Origin: Vezdaea acicularis
Lineage: Eukaryota
Assembly: GCA_026025075.1 (NCBI GenBank)
Contig: JAPEUI010000097.1
Coordinates: forward strand, 1 to 60,837
Direction of reading: 5' to 3'
DNA: 60,837 nt
Under the pieces are notes generated by a model that saw nothing but the letters and a program-made list of their open reading frames with translations, was not told where the DNA came from and searched no databases. Shown piece by piece: positions 24,568 through 36,866 of this stretch. The stretch's first letter is position 1; every line of letters starts with the position of its first letter. The position numbers and the translations under genes are program-made.

Positions 24568-24804
24568 ATGTTGCGCCGTCCACCAACCATTATTACCTTG
24601 ACTGCTGAAGATGTCGCAGCCTATAGCAAAGCTCAGGCAGCTCGTGCAGCTACCAGCTCAGCAGAAGGAACCACAACTCAATCAGATGATCAGAACAATG
24701 CTATTGATCCAAACGATGAGCTCAGGCCATTGCCAGGAGATAAGGCACGGATTGTGCGTACAAGAGAGGAGAGAATCGGTGTCAGTATGGGGACCAGAAG
24801 TTGA
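24568..24804 (+). CDS. CDC26: Anaphase-promoting complex subunit Cdc26
   Basis: Diagnostic N-terminus MLRRPPTIITLTAEDV; 78 aa; C-terminal TREERIG. Confidence 0.85.
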   Translation: MLRRPPTIITLTAEDVAAYSKAQAARAATSSAEGTTTQSDDQNNAIDPNDELRPLPGDKARIVRTREERIGVSMGTRS

Positions 24805-25447
24805 GTGAGGCTCAGGCCAACTTCAAAGAGTATTGGGCTTTCAGCTTGTCGATATTGGATACTAGAAGAAGTTTGTCCCATTCATCTTGCCGAATGAGCC
24901 TACAAGTAGTTGTGCTAATCTTACTAAAAGTATTCCAGTCAATGGTGGGAATTGTTGACTCAACGATATTCCAATTTCTCTCACAATATGCTCCAAAGCT
25001 CTCAATCTCACGAGTCTCTTTGCACTTGCTCGATGAGACCTTCTACTCGGAAGTTCTCAGTGATACCTCAGGGCCCGAGTCTAGACTTCAATCACTCAAT
25101 CCTCTGAAGAAGGGATAAGGATCTGGCTGGCCCGAGCGCATGGGTGAACTTATGGTTCCGTGCGGGGAAAGCTTCCCCGCACCCACTAATTCCTCGTCGC
25201 ATACCTGCGGGATTTAACGTTTGCGCTGAATTAAGATTTCCCGATACATTACGCCATTGACTTGTATTGAGCCCGCCCGAGGTTGTTAAAGCCAAGGCCA
25301 TAAGGAGGCTTTGTGCCTTAGGATGACCGCCGGAGATTTGACCGTTATCGAGAAATCTACTTCCGGTCGCGCAACACCCCGCCCCGTAACTCTGTCTTCC
25401 ACCTACTTCGACTCTCCTTTTTTCTAGGTGGCGCCCTGCCTCTTAGT

Positions 25448-26986
25448 ATGCTTTGTCTCTCTTTCTCCAGCCGGCAGATTCAGCCAGCCACCCTGACCTT
25501 GACCCTCATACTACTTCTTCCACAGCTTGTGCTACTTGGACACGCTAAGGACAGCGCAAGGCGTAGTTCTCCAGATAGCGACGCGACAGAAGCTGCAATC
25601 GCACTGCGCGGAGGTGTGGTTGAATCTGTTCACGATTCAACAGATCTGCTGGTTCGTCGCGCAAACCCTTTCAGGAGAGTAACATCCCATGGCTCGTCGC
25701 TTGGAAGGATATCATCCCATGGGTCGCTAGCGAGCATACCAGAAGACGAAGAATTGCTGCAGGATGAGTATGATGAATTTGGCGACCTTATTTCGACTGT
25801 TCATGAGGACGACGAAGAGGCTGGATCTATAGGGTCAAATGAGGAACCTCCAGTTTGGGATTTCGAGGAAAATGATCAAGGTGTAGTATCTGGGGATTTG
25901 ACAGCAGATTTAGAAGCTCTTTCATTAAATGCCGAATCAGTTGGTGGCGTAAGCGGGGCCCCCTCAAACAGCATGCCAACAAGCCCCTTCGGCCGACCAG
26001 AATGGGAGTATCAAGACCCAAACCCATTCGCCGATTACGAAGCAGGTGGAGATCCTGATCCACCAAACGCCAAAGCACTTGGGTTTGGTGCTGTTACTTG
26101 TGCAAATATCCTTCCATGGTGGCCTGACGCTCTGCCAGCACCATTTGATGCTGTAAATTATTATAGCAGCCTTCTCGAGTTGTGTGCAGCTGAAGAATTT
26201 GGTGGAAAGCATGATGCTAATCTAGGCGGCGTTTGCGACCCAGCAGATTCTCCACCGAGCTTTGCACTTATTAAAGAGCTTGCAAATCCAGCCTTAAGCA
26301 TGCGGACTGCATTGCGGGTCCATTGTGCAGTGCGATGCCGCTGCCTCGGAAAGAATAGGCGAAAGAATCGAGGGAAGAGAATCAGTCTTGGGCCCAAGGT
26401 ACTAATCGAGACTGCAGGTGGAGGATATGTTGCCATCCTTGGCGATCCGAAAAACAGGGAGTCACTCCAAACTCTAACCATCGTTGCGCCGTCAGAGCGA
26501 GGCCTACAAACCATCGGAGATGGGAGTGGCAGAAGGAGGGGATCGTGTCGTAACTTGGGCGTTGATGGTAGCTGCAAACTGCGACCTGAGCCCGTAGCCC
26601 GAGCGCAGTACATTGAAGCGCTCCCAACGCCTACCCCAGGACACCGATTACCAACCCCTGCACAGCTCGATCTTGGAGGGGAGCGCTGTGCTGGCTCCTG
26701 CAGCAGCTTCTCCAAAGATTGCCGTGGCGATGGGTTTACTAAAGGATGTGGGTGTTATATGGACCTTTCTAAGGGCGAAGATCATTTCAATGCTGTGGCA
26801 TCCTGCTGGGTTAAGCCCTCTGATATACGGAAGTCTATTTTTGGGCCTAGGGGTATGAAGAGAGCTGCGCCGGAATGGGCATGCCCATGTAATTCTAGCT
26901 ACGTATCTGAAGCATGTTGCTTGAGCGATTTAGGAATCGTTTGGGAACCAAAAGAGATGCAACTGGGTATGCTAAAGGCCCTCTAG
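25448..26986 (+). CDS. Secreted acidic and cysteine-rich protein, unknown function
   Basis: Hydrophobic signal-like segment (LTLTLILLLPQLVLLGHA); dibasic RR/KR sites; D/E-rich region; many Cys in the C-terminal half ending CPCNSSYVSEACC; no intron needed. Confidence 0.75.
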   Translation: MLCLSFSSRQIQPATLTLTLILLLPQLVLLGHAKDSARRSSPDSDATEAAIALRGGVVESVHDSTDLLVRRANPFRRVTSHGSSLGRISSHGSLASIPEDEELLQDEYDEFGDLISTVHEDDEEAGSIGSNEEPPVWDFEENDQGVVSGDLTADLEALSLNAESVGGVSGAPSNSMPTSPFGRPEWEYQDPNPFADYEAGGDPDPPNAKALGFGAVTCANILPWWPDALPAPFDAVNYYSSLLELCAAEEFGGKHDANLGGVCDPADSPPSFALIKELANPALSMRTALRVHCAVRCRCLGKNRRKNRGKRISLGPKVLIETAGGGYVAILGDPKNRESLQTLTIVAPSERGLQTIGDGSGRRRGSCRNLGVDGSCKLRPEPVARAQYIEALPTPTPGHRLPTPAQLDLGGERCAGSCSSFSKDCRGDGFTKGCGCYMDLSKGEDHFNAVASCWVKPSDIRKSIFGPRGMKRAAPEWACPCNSSYVSEACCLSDLGIVWEPKEMQLGMLKAL

Positions 26987-27170
26987 TCCTAGAATATACT
27001 CTTTGGTAGCCTCTAGGCGTTGGCTGGTACATGAAGAGTGTACGGGTCTCGACAAACCTGTGTATAATGCATTCAACCTAGGCTACCGAATACTTCTTTG
27101 CAGGTCTCATCCCTCTTGGAAACTCAGGGGTAATTGAGCAGACGTACCCTCGCTTGACTCAGAATTGCAA

Positions 27171-28133
27171 TTAACCTTCGAGCGTCTTCTTCACGCCATC
27201 GACGATCTTCTTCACTTCCGCCACCCCCCTTTCCGCGACTTTTTCCATATCTTTCTCAGCCTTTCTTCTATCATCGGTTTTTGATATGGACATCTGCTTT
27301 AGCCTTTTCTGACACGATTGTCTTGCAATTTTCACACCCATTTGCGCCATGTCCCCTGCCAATTTCGCTGCCACGCTAGCCTGCTGCCGTGATTCCTTGG
27401 TTGGCGCCGGAATGGGTAGGTAGAGTTCTTGTGTATTTGTGGGATTCGATGGGTTGGGCTGGGGATTCAGAGAATGCGAGGAGGCTAGGAGGGCTTGTGT
27501 AACAGGCTTCACGTACTGTTCAGATTCATGGTCAGCTCAACCACTTGCCACATAATGTGGCCTTCTTGGGAATGCATATAGAGAGAAAAGGAAATAGTGT
27601 AAGTACCTCTCTATCTCCTACAAGAATTACTATCCCTCTTCCACGTGGGACGATTTGACACAGGTCACTAAGCATTATCATCTCTTTCTTGGCCTCATTG
27701 ACTTTCCGATCTCCAACCCTCGTAATCGGCACTTTCAACCCTTCTATGGTATTGACACTCAATCGGCCACCCGTGCGGAGCGCGCCAAGGTCACGCTGGA
27801 GCTTCTCGATTGTCTTCGCAATTGCTGCTTCAAAGGTTGAGAAATCGAAGGCATCGTCGGACTCCCGGGGCTGCTTCGCCACAGAGATCGATGACTCATG
27901 AGAACCGAAGACTTTCTTTTGCTTCTTGAGGAGAAGAGATGTCGTATAGAATGATCGTGACGGTGGTATGGCTTGTAGGAAAGGTGCAATTGATATTAGG
28001 GTCAAGGTACACCTAATACAGTCAGTTATGTATGTGCAACACGTAATTTTACGCACTGTAGCTGGGGCCTATGAGTTGCGAATAATGGGTAACAAGAAAG
28101 GCCGTGCTGGCCTCTGGATAAGCGCACAACCAT
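27171..28133 (-). CDS. RRF1: Mitochondrial ribosome recycling factor
   Basis: Presequence-like RSFYTTSLLLKK; LQRDLGALRTGGR; LSDLCQIVPRG; LNPQP...PIPAPTKESR; two introns (first donor GTGCGT). Confidence 0.85.
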
Positions 28134-28243
28134 GGTACATTGTTGAGATCTCTATCGTCAAACTCACAACTGGGGAAATTCAATTTTCCGAGGCTGTAAA
28201 TTCCCAATCGGAAAAAGGATTTTCCAACAGCTCCTGTTACCTA

Positions 28244-28431
28244 CCAACGCTATGAGCAAAAATAGTTGAGACACCAAAAAAATTAGCGAGGTATCTTACC
28301 TGCAAAATTGGGGGAGAGGGTACCTCGCTTCTAGACAAATGCGAGAGAGGTAAAGTACCTGACCACACTGATTTGGTGAGAAGATACCTCGCTTAGGTTT
28401 TGCGGTTCCAATTTTTTTGCTCACCGCATGC
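28244..28431. mobile_element. Putative Tc1/mariner-type MITE (~190 bp)
   Basis: ~50-bp imperfect terminal inverted repeats (TGAGCAAAAA...AGCGAGGTATCTT vs AAGATACCTCGCT...TTTTTGCTCA) with an exact 13-bp inverted core; TA on both flanks; no ORF. Confidence 0.6.
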
Positions 28432-28629
28432 TACCCCCCGGCTCACCAGCTTTGATAGAGAAGATAAGTTTGAAGGAGATACATAATGAGCTTGCTATGC
28501 TATAGTATTTCAACTAATCACTGTATCATTGAGCCTTAAGGAAGCTCATCTACGATGATTGTCAAATGGTTGCCTCGACTACAGTATAGCCATCACACGC
28601 GTTTCTTGGACTAGGCGACCTCTTCCTTT

Positions 28630-29482
28630 CTATTCGGCTACGAATTCCTGCCCAAAGTACTCGTCGAGGAAAGCCACCATAGGTTGTCCACTTACTGAGA
28701 TATGTGCCTTTCCGTTGCAACTGAGAGCGTCCAGTGTATCCCTACCCTTTTTGGTTTCAACGGCTTTTGCGGTGGCCTTGAGATCACCGAAGACCACAAT
28801 TATATCTCGGAAGCGATTCAGTAGTGGGATAGGGTCGGCATTAACGTGTAGGTTCAGCCTTGCAACAAGATCGAAAGGCTGTGTAATAGGGAAAAGAATT
28901 GGGTCCGCGTCAAGAGCAGTCTTGAGTTGTCGGATTAGAGCAGGTATCTCGTCATGATCCTCAACCGGAAATATCGGGACGAAATGATCCTGATTCATCA
29001 TCCTAACCAAATATTCAATAAGCTGAGGATACAATGTCTGAGGGCAAATCGCTGATTATACTCAGACTGCAGTTTTGTCATAGGGTACTTGCCGTATCCT
29101 AGACAATTGCCTCCGTCGAAAAGGTAGACAATTACAAGGTCTTTCCCTCCAGTGTATTCCTCTACCCGCTTGCAACGCTCGAGAACAGCACTCATTCCTC
29201 CAGCAGCATGCATCTCTGTAGAAGAGACGAGTATTATTCGAAGGGCGCGATAGATGTGACCCGGCAACCTTGTGCCGGGAGTGTTTGCAACCAGTGAAAT
29301 ATCGTGCGTATTGATTGGACAGTTACTCTCTATTGCCCATCGTGAGCGCCTGCCTCACTAGAAGTGAAGCATAAAGTAAGCTCACCAGACAGTTGCAAAT
29401 CGTCAAGAGGCTTCAGAATAGGTACTAGCGGCGCCCAGGTTGGACGCTTGCACAGTGAGACACAATAGTTGCTAGTCGCCAT
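28630..29482 (-). CDS. Fungal hypothetical protein (~245 aa), possibly Spo16/ERCC1-like
   Basis: Three exons joined in frame via introns 29330-29385 and 29004-29061; motifs YTGGKDLVIVYLF, MTKLQSE, VPIFPV and C-terminal AFLDEYF. Family assignment is recollection only. Confidence 0.55.
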
Positions 29483-29849
29483 ATCGAACAGGAGTCAAGA
29501 GTCTTTAGAGTGATGAGCTGTGTATTTTAGGAGTAGAATATCTAGTATACAAGCATCTTGTAAAGTGAACCGAACTTCGGATGACTTTCCTATGCAGCGC
29601 CCACAGATACCCATGCACGCCGAAGCACTCCCTATTCTCTATCACACTGCCAGGAGTGTCAGGCGCATACGAACCTTGACCAGCCAACCCTCCTGCAAGG
29701 TGAAAACGTTTCGCGAAAAGATTCTGAGCAATTGTCCCCCGTCCTCGAGGTTTTGAGTAAGACAAAAATGAAGTGAAATTGATAGATCATGGCCTGGCGA
29801 ATGCGAGTTCATAACATCGTCATCTTGCTTCAACGAGCTCCTACCGCTA

Positions 29850-30752
29850 CTACTCCTTGACACGTTCCCTAGACTTCTCTTTTACGACGCCTTTTTCTTT
29901 GGTGGCCGTAGGGTTGACCTGTGTGCTAGGTGCGTCGGCCTCTGCACTTGACTCAGGAGGAGTTTCCTGCGCAAGACCGAGCAGACCCTTTGTCCGGGCG
30001 AGCCAGCTCTGAGAATGCTTCTCATCCTCCTCCTCCTCCTTCTCTTCTAATTCCCATACTGATTTGGGAAGGATATGGGCCGGTTGCTTGGAGCTATCTT
30101 TTTTCTCCGCTCGTAGCCGAATAACTTCTTTCTCCAACGCTACGAGCGCCCGACGTGCATTTCTCTCGCTTTCTTCCAGCTCAACCAGCCTATCCGCAAC
30201 ATCTTCTCTCCGATTATTTTCCTTTCTACGTGATCTGAACGATTCAAATACGATAAGTCCTCCGCCAACCATAAAGAGAAAGGCTTCGCTGATGAAATTA
30301 GCTCCTGAATCTATAGCCTTGGCTTCAGATAGGGGCCGTATTCTTGGTTTGGGTGTAGGCTTTAATTTTTCTTCTAACTTAAGCTTGTCTTTGTTTTTCG
30401 AAGTCTCCTCCGCCTTCGTCTGTGCCTCTGTCTTCACTGTTGGAACCTCATGCTTGTGTTTCTTCGCTTGAGCTTCCGCTGCCTCCTTGACCGCTTGTCG
30501 TTCAATAGCAGCAGTATCCTGAAGAAGTCCTAGACGGAGGCGCATATCCAGACGGTGAAGTGTTTGAGCGAACGCAATGCATATCCTTCGAAATCTAGCA
30601 TGCTCTCTAGCTTGAGCTTTGATCTGATTCTAGATCGTGAGAGGTTGGCGATTAGTCTACTTCTTATCAATTGCATAGGCTGAGCATACTGCTATCGGCT
30701 TGGAAAGAGTCCTGATGACTAGGGAAGATAGCTTGAGAGTTATACTCGACAT
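29850..30752 (-). CDS. OPA3: OPA3-like mitochondrial protein
   Basis: LKLSSLVIRTLSKPIA|NQIKAQAREH; IRPLSEAKAIDSGANFISEAFLF; coiled-coil tail; one intron. Confidence 0.92.
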
Positions 30753-31399
30753 AATGACCCATTGGCAGCAGTGTATCCAGCGGGAGTAGCACGGGTGTTG
30801 GCCCGTACACTTTTAAAAAAAAACATCCATGGCAAATATTAAAGTGAAGAGGCGTTACTTATAAGACCTGCCTAATAACCAATCATTGCTGGGCAGCCAT
30901 TGTAGAAAATATGAGGGAATCACTATCGATTGGGTTCCGTCCAACGTTATATCATCACGGATTGGGAGTCATCGGGGACGGCATCAAAACTCGCCTAATC
31001 CTACCCTGTCGTTCTGGCGCGAGTGGTTTAAGCGAGGTACGGTTGCTCCGAGTACCAGTGTTTTGTTTACATCTTTTAGCCGAGCTCTACTCGATTATCT
31101 TTTCGAGATGAGTGTTGAGAAGCCCACGGGTCATATAGCTCTTTGAGATCTTACAGAAGTGGACAATAGGCTCGTATCACGTAGTACCAGGCTATTGTAT
31201 TATCCCCTCTGTACGTACACTGGCTTTTGACCGGGTGCCGAACCAGACTTTCAGCCTGGTAGTCAGCTGGTGGGGCAGCTTCGTCTAAGTGTGCAGGTCA
31301 ATCAAACCAAATCTAGGTAACCTTGCGACAGATTGCTCTATTTGATGACTGCTTGGTCTGGTTCTTCCAAGAGAGTGCAGTTTTGCTATCGGCTTCAAC

Positions 31400-34300
31400 A
31401 TGCAGGCCCTCTCGCCCCGCTCGGCGAACATTCAAGTGAAGCCAGGCAAGAAAGATCAGCTGGAGGCAAAGGCTGCAGCAGTACGAAAGGCACAGCGAGA
31501 GAGAGAACATCCACCGCAGCCGCCCGAAGAAATTCGAGAGCCGAATAATACTAGAGGGGAGCCCGGTCTTCGGTACAGAACCGGCAAATACTTAGGGAAA
31601 GGGGGCTTTGCTGTATGCTATGAAGGCGAATTGCTTGACCGGCAATCAAGATCAACGGGGCAAAAATATGCTTTGAAGATTGTCAAGAGTCAGATGAGCC
31701 AAAAGAAAATGGAAGAAAAGGTAAAGAATTCTCCAAGCAGAGTTAATTTTCTGCCATTGATAATTCATTGCAGTTTCGGACGGAACTTCAAATACACTCC
31801 AAGATGCACAATCCCAATATTGTGGAATTCCATAGAGCATTCGCCTTTGGTGATAGTACATTCGTTGTCCTAGAGTTGTGTCCTAACGGGTCTCTTATGG
31901 ACATGGTTAAGAAGCGCAAATATCTGACTATACCAGAAGTACGACGATATGTTATACAGATGTGCGGCGCTATCAAATACATGCACCAACGAGACGTTAT
32001 ACACCGGGATTTGAAGATGGGGAACATATTCTTAGACGAAGGTATGAATGTCAAAATTGGAGACTTTGGATTGGCTGCGCTCCTTATCACAGAAGGTGAG
32101 GCAAATTGTGTCCGACGAAGCACTCTCTGCGGCACGCCAAACTATATTGCTCCCGAGATTCTGGAGAAGAATAAGAAAGGACATGATTACAAAGTCGATA
32201 TATGGAGTCTGGGCATTATCATGTAAGGTTTGCTCTGTGGCTCATCGTCGACTTACTGACGTTCTGAGACAGCTTCGCTATGCTTACCGGATTTCCCCCT
32301 TTCCAATCGAAAACGCAAGAAGAAATATATCGGAAAGTCAAAGCCCGCGAGTACGATTGGCCATCCCAAGATAGATGCGCGAACGAAGTTCCTTCATCCG
32401 CAAGAGATTTAGTTGCCCAATTGCTCGTCGAAGCCGAGGAACGACCGTCTCCGGACGACATAGTCGGACATGTCTTCTTTACACGTGGAATGATACCAGA
32501 ACAAATACCGACCTCTTCGGTTCACATCGCACCTGATTGGTCTTCAACAGATTCTCGGGTATCTTCTGCTGCGCTATGGAAAACTCAATGGTCCTCACTC
32601 TGTAAAGACTGCGGTGTCGGCATGATGAACAAAAAGCAAGCGTACAACAATTTAGGGGATGTATCAGCCACGACCTTTAAGGAATGTAGGCTGGAAGAGA
32701 AAGCGGGATTGACTCCAGTCGTTCCATTACCGCCAGATATGGTTTACAGGCCATTCCCTCCAAACGAAAGCTGGCCGATGCTCGTTACGCCTTCTCTTGA
32801 GAGCGACTCTCTGGAGATTGCTCGCTCTTGTAGTCTTAATCCTGCAGTTTCTACTAATGCAAGGCATCCAGGTGTCTCCTTTGCATCCTCACAGTATGCA
32901 GAAGCCAGGAAGAAAGGCGTTCACACACGTGAGCCTGTACCTGTCACAGCGCTCCCATCTATACCATCTGCCAAGCCAAAGACACTCGCCATATCAAGAA
33001 GTCATGCAGCAGTCCTCCGGGAGCGAGCTCGACCCAATCCAGCTTCGTTGGATATGCATTTGCAAAACTCGGTAAAACTGGACATTCCTGTCAAGGCGAA
33101 GCCTGATTCAGAGGTACAGAAAGCGTTAGACGGGGGATCTGGTCTGCTTAGTGAACCGCCGCAACGTCTCCAGTTGAAGAACAGAGACTTAGAATGGGAG
33201 AAGTCACGAAAGCCTGTCAATGCGCTTCCCCGATCACGAACTGTAAGCGGCGGACTAAACAAAGCAGCGAACGGAACAAAGACACGCCGAGATATTCCAC
33301 AAAGGTCTGCATCTTCTGTCACGCTAGGCGCAGAGTTGAAGTCGGAAGTTAGGACACTAGCGAAAGTGCCTGAAGGAGGACGACGTACTAGATCTGGAGC
33401 GGTGAAAGAGGTGTCTAAGGCAAAGGCTAAGCCCGAGAACGTAGCAAAGGAGCAAGACTTGGCTGAAAAGCCCGAATCGGTTCAGGGAAGATCGACCGCT
33501 CAATATAAACCGTCAGAAGGATCTGCCCGCAAAGGCTTTCGATCTATCCTCATAGGTCCTCGAGAATCGTCTGTCGTACTGCCTAATAGCTTCCCAGCAC
33601 ATGTCTTGAGACATTTGGAGGTTGTAGAGGAGAATCTCACGCGCGCTCTCGCGAATCGCGAGGGCGATCCCTTCACTGCCCTGCGGGTAGAAGAGCACCC
33701 GATTGTGGTCAAATGGGTGGATTACACCAACAAGTTTGGAATCGGCTACATCCTGAATGATGGGAGTATCGGATGTTTATTCAACGCTGATGATCAAACT
33801 CCATCAACATGCATTGTGGTGCGGAAAGCCGAAAGACACGTAAGGAGGAAGGACATTGTGTCTTATCCCGACAGGCACCAAATTATACCGATACAAGATG
33901 CTCAACCTGTCGAGTTTTTTGAGAATCGTGGTCCTGAAGGAATAAAGCAAAAATGTGTGCCTCCATCCGATTATAAAGTCGTTCCAGGTGATGGTCCAGC
34001 ATCGGAGAAGCCTGGCCCAGGTCGAAATTCCTATCACGGCAAGAGAAAAAAGTTCCTCACCCTGTGGCGTAATTTTGCAAATTATATGGTCAGTGCCCTT
34101 GGAAAGAGCGAGGAGGAAACAATAGCCGATCCAGGAGGGTACGGACAAGACACTTCTGGCCCGTTCATCAAGTTTTACCAGCGTTTTGGAGATGTGGGAG
34201 TGTGGGGTTTTGGTGATGGGTCATTTCAGGTGAGTTCTAGCTTTCTGGAGTCCCTGACCACTCTTCCGGTACTAATCGTTCCGTAGTTCAATTTTCCTGA

Positions 34301-34712
34301 CCATACAAAGGTCGTAATATCCAAGGATGGGAAGCATTGCGACTTCTACTACCTTCCCATCAAGGCAGCCGTTGATCTGAAGCATGGCATACCAGTCCCA
34401 CCAGCCATGTTAGACAAACGTGGCTGTCTCTCCCAGCCCACTCAGATATTGTTGCATGGTTGGAGGGACCTCGAAGAATACGACTTCCAGACTATTGTTA
34501 AGGCCAACCACTTTGAGAGCAAGGCAGACTTCATTCGAAAAGTCGTGGGAATGTGGGCTAAGTCGGGAGGAATTGGCTGTGTTCCTGAAGGAACAAGAGT
34601 CAGTTGGAAAGGTCACCGAGAGCAGCGGATGGACGGCAAAGAGGACAAGTTAGTCTGGGTCTCGATCGGCGCTGCTGGAGGGGATGCTCCGAGATTCATT
34701 CAAGGTGGCTGA
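31400..34712 (+). CDS. CDC5: Polo-like serine/threonine kinase (Cdc5/PlkA)
   Basis: LGKGGFAVC; HRDLKMGN; KIGDFGLA; TLCGTPNYIAPE; polo-box motifs VVKWVDYTNKFGIGY and FQ|FNFPDHTK; three introns. Confidence 0.95.
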
Positions 34713-35781
34713 AGGTCAGTCTCTTTATCTACGTTAAAGGGTGTCTGGTTGAATTCTGGCGTCTTGTGCGTCCAATAATAGACATGATGAGCGACCTTAC
34801 GCAGAATGGCATTTTTAGCGGCGCTTCCTAAGGCAAGCTTGCATCTGGCAAGCAGCCGATGATGTATTCCTTGATAATGACAGCGTTTCTCAGCCGTATC
34901 AGCATTATCATTTCAATAACAAGAGAGACTTAAAAAAGATTTAGCTACCGCTTCTAACAAAGGTTGCCTCTCAAGTCTTCAAACCGCTGTTCTCATATCC
35001 AGTCGGGTGAAAATAGGCTATCAAATCTATGCGAAATCACTGAAGGTCGGTGGACTGGTGCTATATGGGCTTTCAGGGCGTAGCGTTACTGCTGGGTTTG
35101 TTCACAAAAGAATACACCTTGAATGTAGTGCTGCTTAACGGAGCAGAGCTTCCGACGTAAAGAGATGAAGCACGAAAGGGAGGGTTACGAGAGGGGAACG
35201 GCAAGATAACTGTTGCGAATTACTCCCTCTTTGCGTTGTCGCATAGCGATGGACTTAGTGTGCTGCCCATAGTCTTGGAGCATTAATGGTATGTGACGAA
35301 CGGGCAGACAGAAACTTCGTCCCGTTGTGCAGTACAGTCACTGGTAGCGAACTTTAATCAGAAATGATTCCAGATTTCTAGATTATCATTCTTTCTATTC
35401 GTCTTGGGACCCGGTCTCCTCCACATGAAGATCCCGATCATCCAATCAAATGACTCGGCTTTGTTTTGACTTCGGGAATCCGCCAAGGACCCCGCATTGG
35501 GACCCCGCCTTCATCTACGTAATCAACCTAGTACCATTGAATTCTCTAGCTCTACAGCACTTCACTTGTCCAAATCCAACTTCTACACGCGATTTGTTAG
35601 TTCTACAGACCTACCCTTTTAGCATTCTTAGGTCAAATTTGGCATTGCCCAACGTCATATTATCCTTCGTGTCTTCCAGTGCGAGCATTACCTTCTCCAC
35701 CTCCTTTCTTGTTGACAATTACACTTCATTTCGACAACGGTTGACAGCAAACCAAACGGCAGAACCCTACTTTCATTGAGT

Positions 35782-36340
35782 ATGGACCACGGCAATCAAG
35801 GCGGCAGTGGCGGCAACTACGGTGGTGATGACTACCAAGGTGGCCATGGGGGGGGCAACCAAGGTGGAGAATACGGTGGTCGACAAGAAGCAGGGGGTTA
35901 CGGTGGAGGACAAGGCGGTTATGGTGGCGGACAAGGCAACCAGGGTGGCTATAGCGGCGGCCAAGAAGGCGGTTATGGAGGACAACAGGAGAGTGGGCGT
36001 CACGAGGATGGCCGAGGAGGAGATTATGGGGGCGCGATTCAACATGCCCAGCAACACGCTGGTTCTAGCGGCGACGAAGGTATCTTCGGGCAGGCAATGA
36101 GCTTCCTAAATCAGAACAAGCAAAATGTGGAGCAAGGCGATGTGGACGAGCAGGGCATGGTGGGAGCACACCAGGCTGTTTATGGCGGCGGGGTGAGTTG
36201 AACCCAGCTACTTAGTCTGAGAGGGATAGAATGGCTAACACTTGAGGGATGATCAGAACAATCAACAGCACGACTCGGGCACAATGGGTTCTGCCGCTGC
36301 TATGCAAGCTTTGAAGATGTTCACCGGTGGTGGTGGCAAC

Positions 36341-36382
<42 letters not shown>

Positions 36383-36664
36383 TCTGGTGGTGTTGGTGGC
36401 ATGCTGGGCGGTCTCATGGGCGGTGGCAATTCCAGCGGAGGAAGCGGCGGCCAGAACGCGTTTGTCGGCATGGCAATGGGCCAGGCAAGCAAGCTGTTCG
36501 ATCAGCAGCAAAGCCAAGGGGGCACAGCGCCCGGAGCCAACAAGCAGGACGTTGTCAACAAGGCGGCAGAGATGGCGATGAAGATGTATGTGAAGAACCA
36601 GATGTCAAGTGGGGGTGGAGGCGTGAGCGGATTGATGGGTATGGCAGGCAACTTTTTGAAGTAA
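35782..36664 (+). CDS. Gly/Gln-rich low-complexity protein (fungal 'beta-flanking'-like family)
   Basis: GGY/GGQ-rich N-terminus; conserved-looking helices MGSAAAMQALKMF, FVGMAMGQASKLFD and AAEMAMKMY; phase-0 intron 36193-36256. Confidence 0.8.
36341..36382 (+). repeat. (CAGCAA)7 coding microsatellite, poly-Q14
   Basis: Direct read of the sequence. Confidence 0.95.
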
Positions 36665-36866
36665 GCGCTACGAACATAGGAATGGGGACCAACCGATATG
36701 GCATAAAAGAAAGGTGGTATACGATATATATCTAGAAATCATAGCGAAGAGCTCTAACCTCTTAAACAAGGAAAAGAACATTGATTAGAACGGCCTTTCA
36801 CTAAAGCGCGAGCGGTGTAGTCCCAATACTAGTACACCAGTGTTTCCCAGCATTAACTCTATCGTC

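Noticed and set aside
24568..34712. Functional cluster of cell-cycle genes (CDC26, polo kinase, possible Spo16-like)
   Set aside because: Interspersed with unrelated housekeeping genes; most likely ordinary gene order
36212..36581. Poly-Cys, poly-Leu and (SN)n ORFs
   Set aside because: Alternative-frame and antisense readings of the CAGCAA repeat in the real gene
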